Shown here in pieces: positions 62,407 through 64,000 of a stretch of DNA of 64,000 nt (its first letter is position 1; the number at the start of each line of letters is the position of its first letter). The notes under the pieces were generated by a model that was not told where the DNA came from, did not search any database, and saw only the letters and a list, made by a program, of their open reading frames with translations. Origin of the DNA: Eledone cirrhosa. Taxonomy: Eukaryota. The DNA lies in the NCBI GenBank assembly GCA_964016885.1, contig OZ024741.1, positions 76,756,001 to 76,820,000 on the forward strand, in the 5' to 3' direction. The position numbers and the translations under genes were made by a program.

Positions 62407-63167
62407 AATGAAAGGCAGACTGTATGATGCATGTATCCGAACAGCAATGTTGCATGGTAGTGAGACCTGAGCGCTGAAGGTGGAAGACTTACGTAGATTA
62501 GACAGAAATGAAGCCTGCATGCTCCGATGGATGTGTAACAGTAATATACGTGAACGACAAAGCATAAATGAATTGAGAGAGAGACTGAGCATAAGAGGAA
62601 TCAAATGCTGTGTGCAGGAGAGGCGGTTGCGCTGGTATGGCCATGTGATGCGTATGAAGGATGACAGCTGCATAAAAAGGTGCAGAGCACTAGAAGTTGA
62701 TGGAAACCGCGGAGTGGGGAGACCCAAGATGACCTGGGATGAGGTGATAAAAGCCGACCTTACCCAATTACACCTCTCAAAGGCGATGACACATGACCAT
62801 GACCGTGACCTCTGGCGTCATGCAGTAATACAGAGTACCCGACCTCCCATGGGTACAAGCTGAAGCATATAGACAATATGCCCCCCCCCCCCCCACTGCA
62901 AGGTGGTCGTGGAGGTGCCACGGCAAAAAAGCACCCAGCCCACACTGTAAAGTGGATGTGTAGGCGCCACGAAAAAGCACCCCGCACTCACTGTAAATGA
63001 AGTTGGTGTTAGGAAGGGCATCCAGCTGTAGAAATCAAGCCAAATCAGTTCCTGTATGGGCAAGGCATGGTCAGCCGACCAGACACTTCCCACAACAGAA
63101 CAACCCGTCTAACCCATGCTAGTGTGGAAGAACGGACGTAAAACGGTGATGATGATGATGATGATGA
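62407..63167 (+). mobile_element. 5'-truncated RTE LINE, second subfamily
   Basis: MKGRLYDACIRTAMLHGSET*...ERRLRWYGHVMRM...GRPKMTW, followed by the UTR and (GAT)n tail. Confidence 0.9.
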
Positions 63168-63176
63168 CACCTCTCT

Positions 63177-64000
63177 CATCATCATCACTCTTATACGTCC
63201 ATTCTTCCATGCTAGCATGAGTTAGACGGGTTGTCCTGTTGTGGGCAATGCCAGGTCAGTTGACCATCTCTTACTCATACAGGAACTGATTTGGGCTTGA
63301 TTTCTACAGCTGGATGCCCTTCCTAACACCAATCTCATTTACAGTGAGTGCTGCGTGCTTTTTACCATGGTGTCTACACGACCACTCTACAGTGTGAACT
63401 GAGGGTTTTTTTGTTGACACCTACATGATCACTTTACAGCGGGAGGGGCGTGGGGGCATACTATCTATATGCTTCAGCTTCGGCTTGTACCCATGGGAAG
63501 TCGTGTCTTCTGTATTACTGCGTGATGCCAGAGATCCCAGTCATGTGTCATCGCCTTTGAGAGGTGCAATTGGGCAAGATCAGCTTTTATCACCTCATCT
63601 CAGGTCTTCTTGAGTCCCCCCCCCACTCCAAGGCTTCATCGACTTTTAGTGCTCTACACCTTTTTATGCAGCTGTTATCCATCATATGCATCCCATGTCC
63701 ATACCAACGTAATCTCCTATCCTGCACACATCTCTCTCTCAATTCATTTATGCTTTACCGTTCGTGTATATTACTATTACACATCCATCAGAGCATGTAA
63801 GCTTCATTTCTTTCTAATCGACACATGTCTTCTGCACACAACGCCCAGGTCTCACTACCATGCAACATTGCTGTTCGTATGCACGCATTATACAGTCTGC
63901 CTTTCATTTTGAAGGGAAAACCTTTTGCAGCTAGCAGTGTTAGTAGCTCCCTGAACTTTTTCCATCCGTTCTTACCCTGGTTACTGTACTTTCAGAACAC
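63177..64000 (-). mobile_element. RTE LINE 3' portion, second subfamily, running off the window
   Basis: Diverged reverse complement of 62407-63167; (CAT)n at 63178-63187. Confidence 0.88.

Overview
Eukaryotic, AT-rich, repeat-dominated metazoan DNA. The SINE/RTE repertoire resembles what I associate with octopod cephalopods (inference, not verified). The only clear host coding exon is a 139-bp minus-strand exon of protein kinase D (25407-25545), which the ORF track missed, so most or all of the window is probably PKD intron. Nearby is an orphan proteasome alpha-6 (PSMA6-like) exon fragment. The rest comprises RTE-clade LINEs (one near full length, many 5'-truncated, with a PHD-type C4HC3 finger inside the RT), two CR1-group LINEs, several tRNA-derived SINE families, two non-autonomous Helitrons, a mariner remnant, MITEs, a ~9-kb purine-rich 21/22/43-bp satellite and a ~4.4-kb 14-bp satellite. 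The most striking unannotated signal is about ten minimal type-I hammerhead ribozyme motifs (CUGANGA...GAAA...UH), several with all three stems readable. Many sit in palindromic/fold-back inserts at (TA)n microsatellites, the architecture expected of Penelope-like retroelement termini or retrozyme-like non-autonomous elements. Most long ORFs in the track are artefacts of simple repeats or antisense LINE frames. Element boundaries were read by eye and are approximate.
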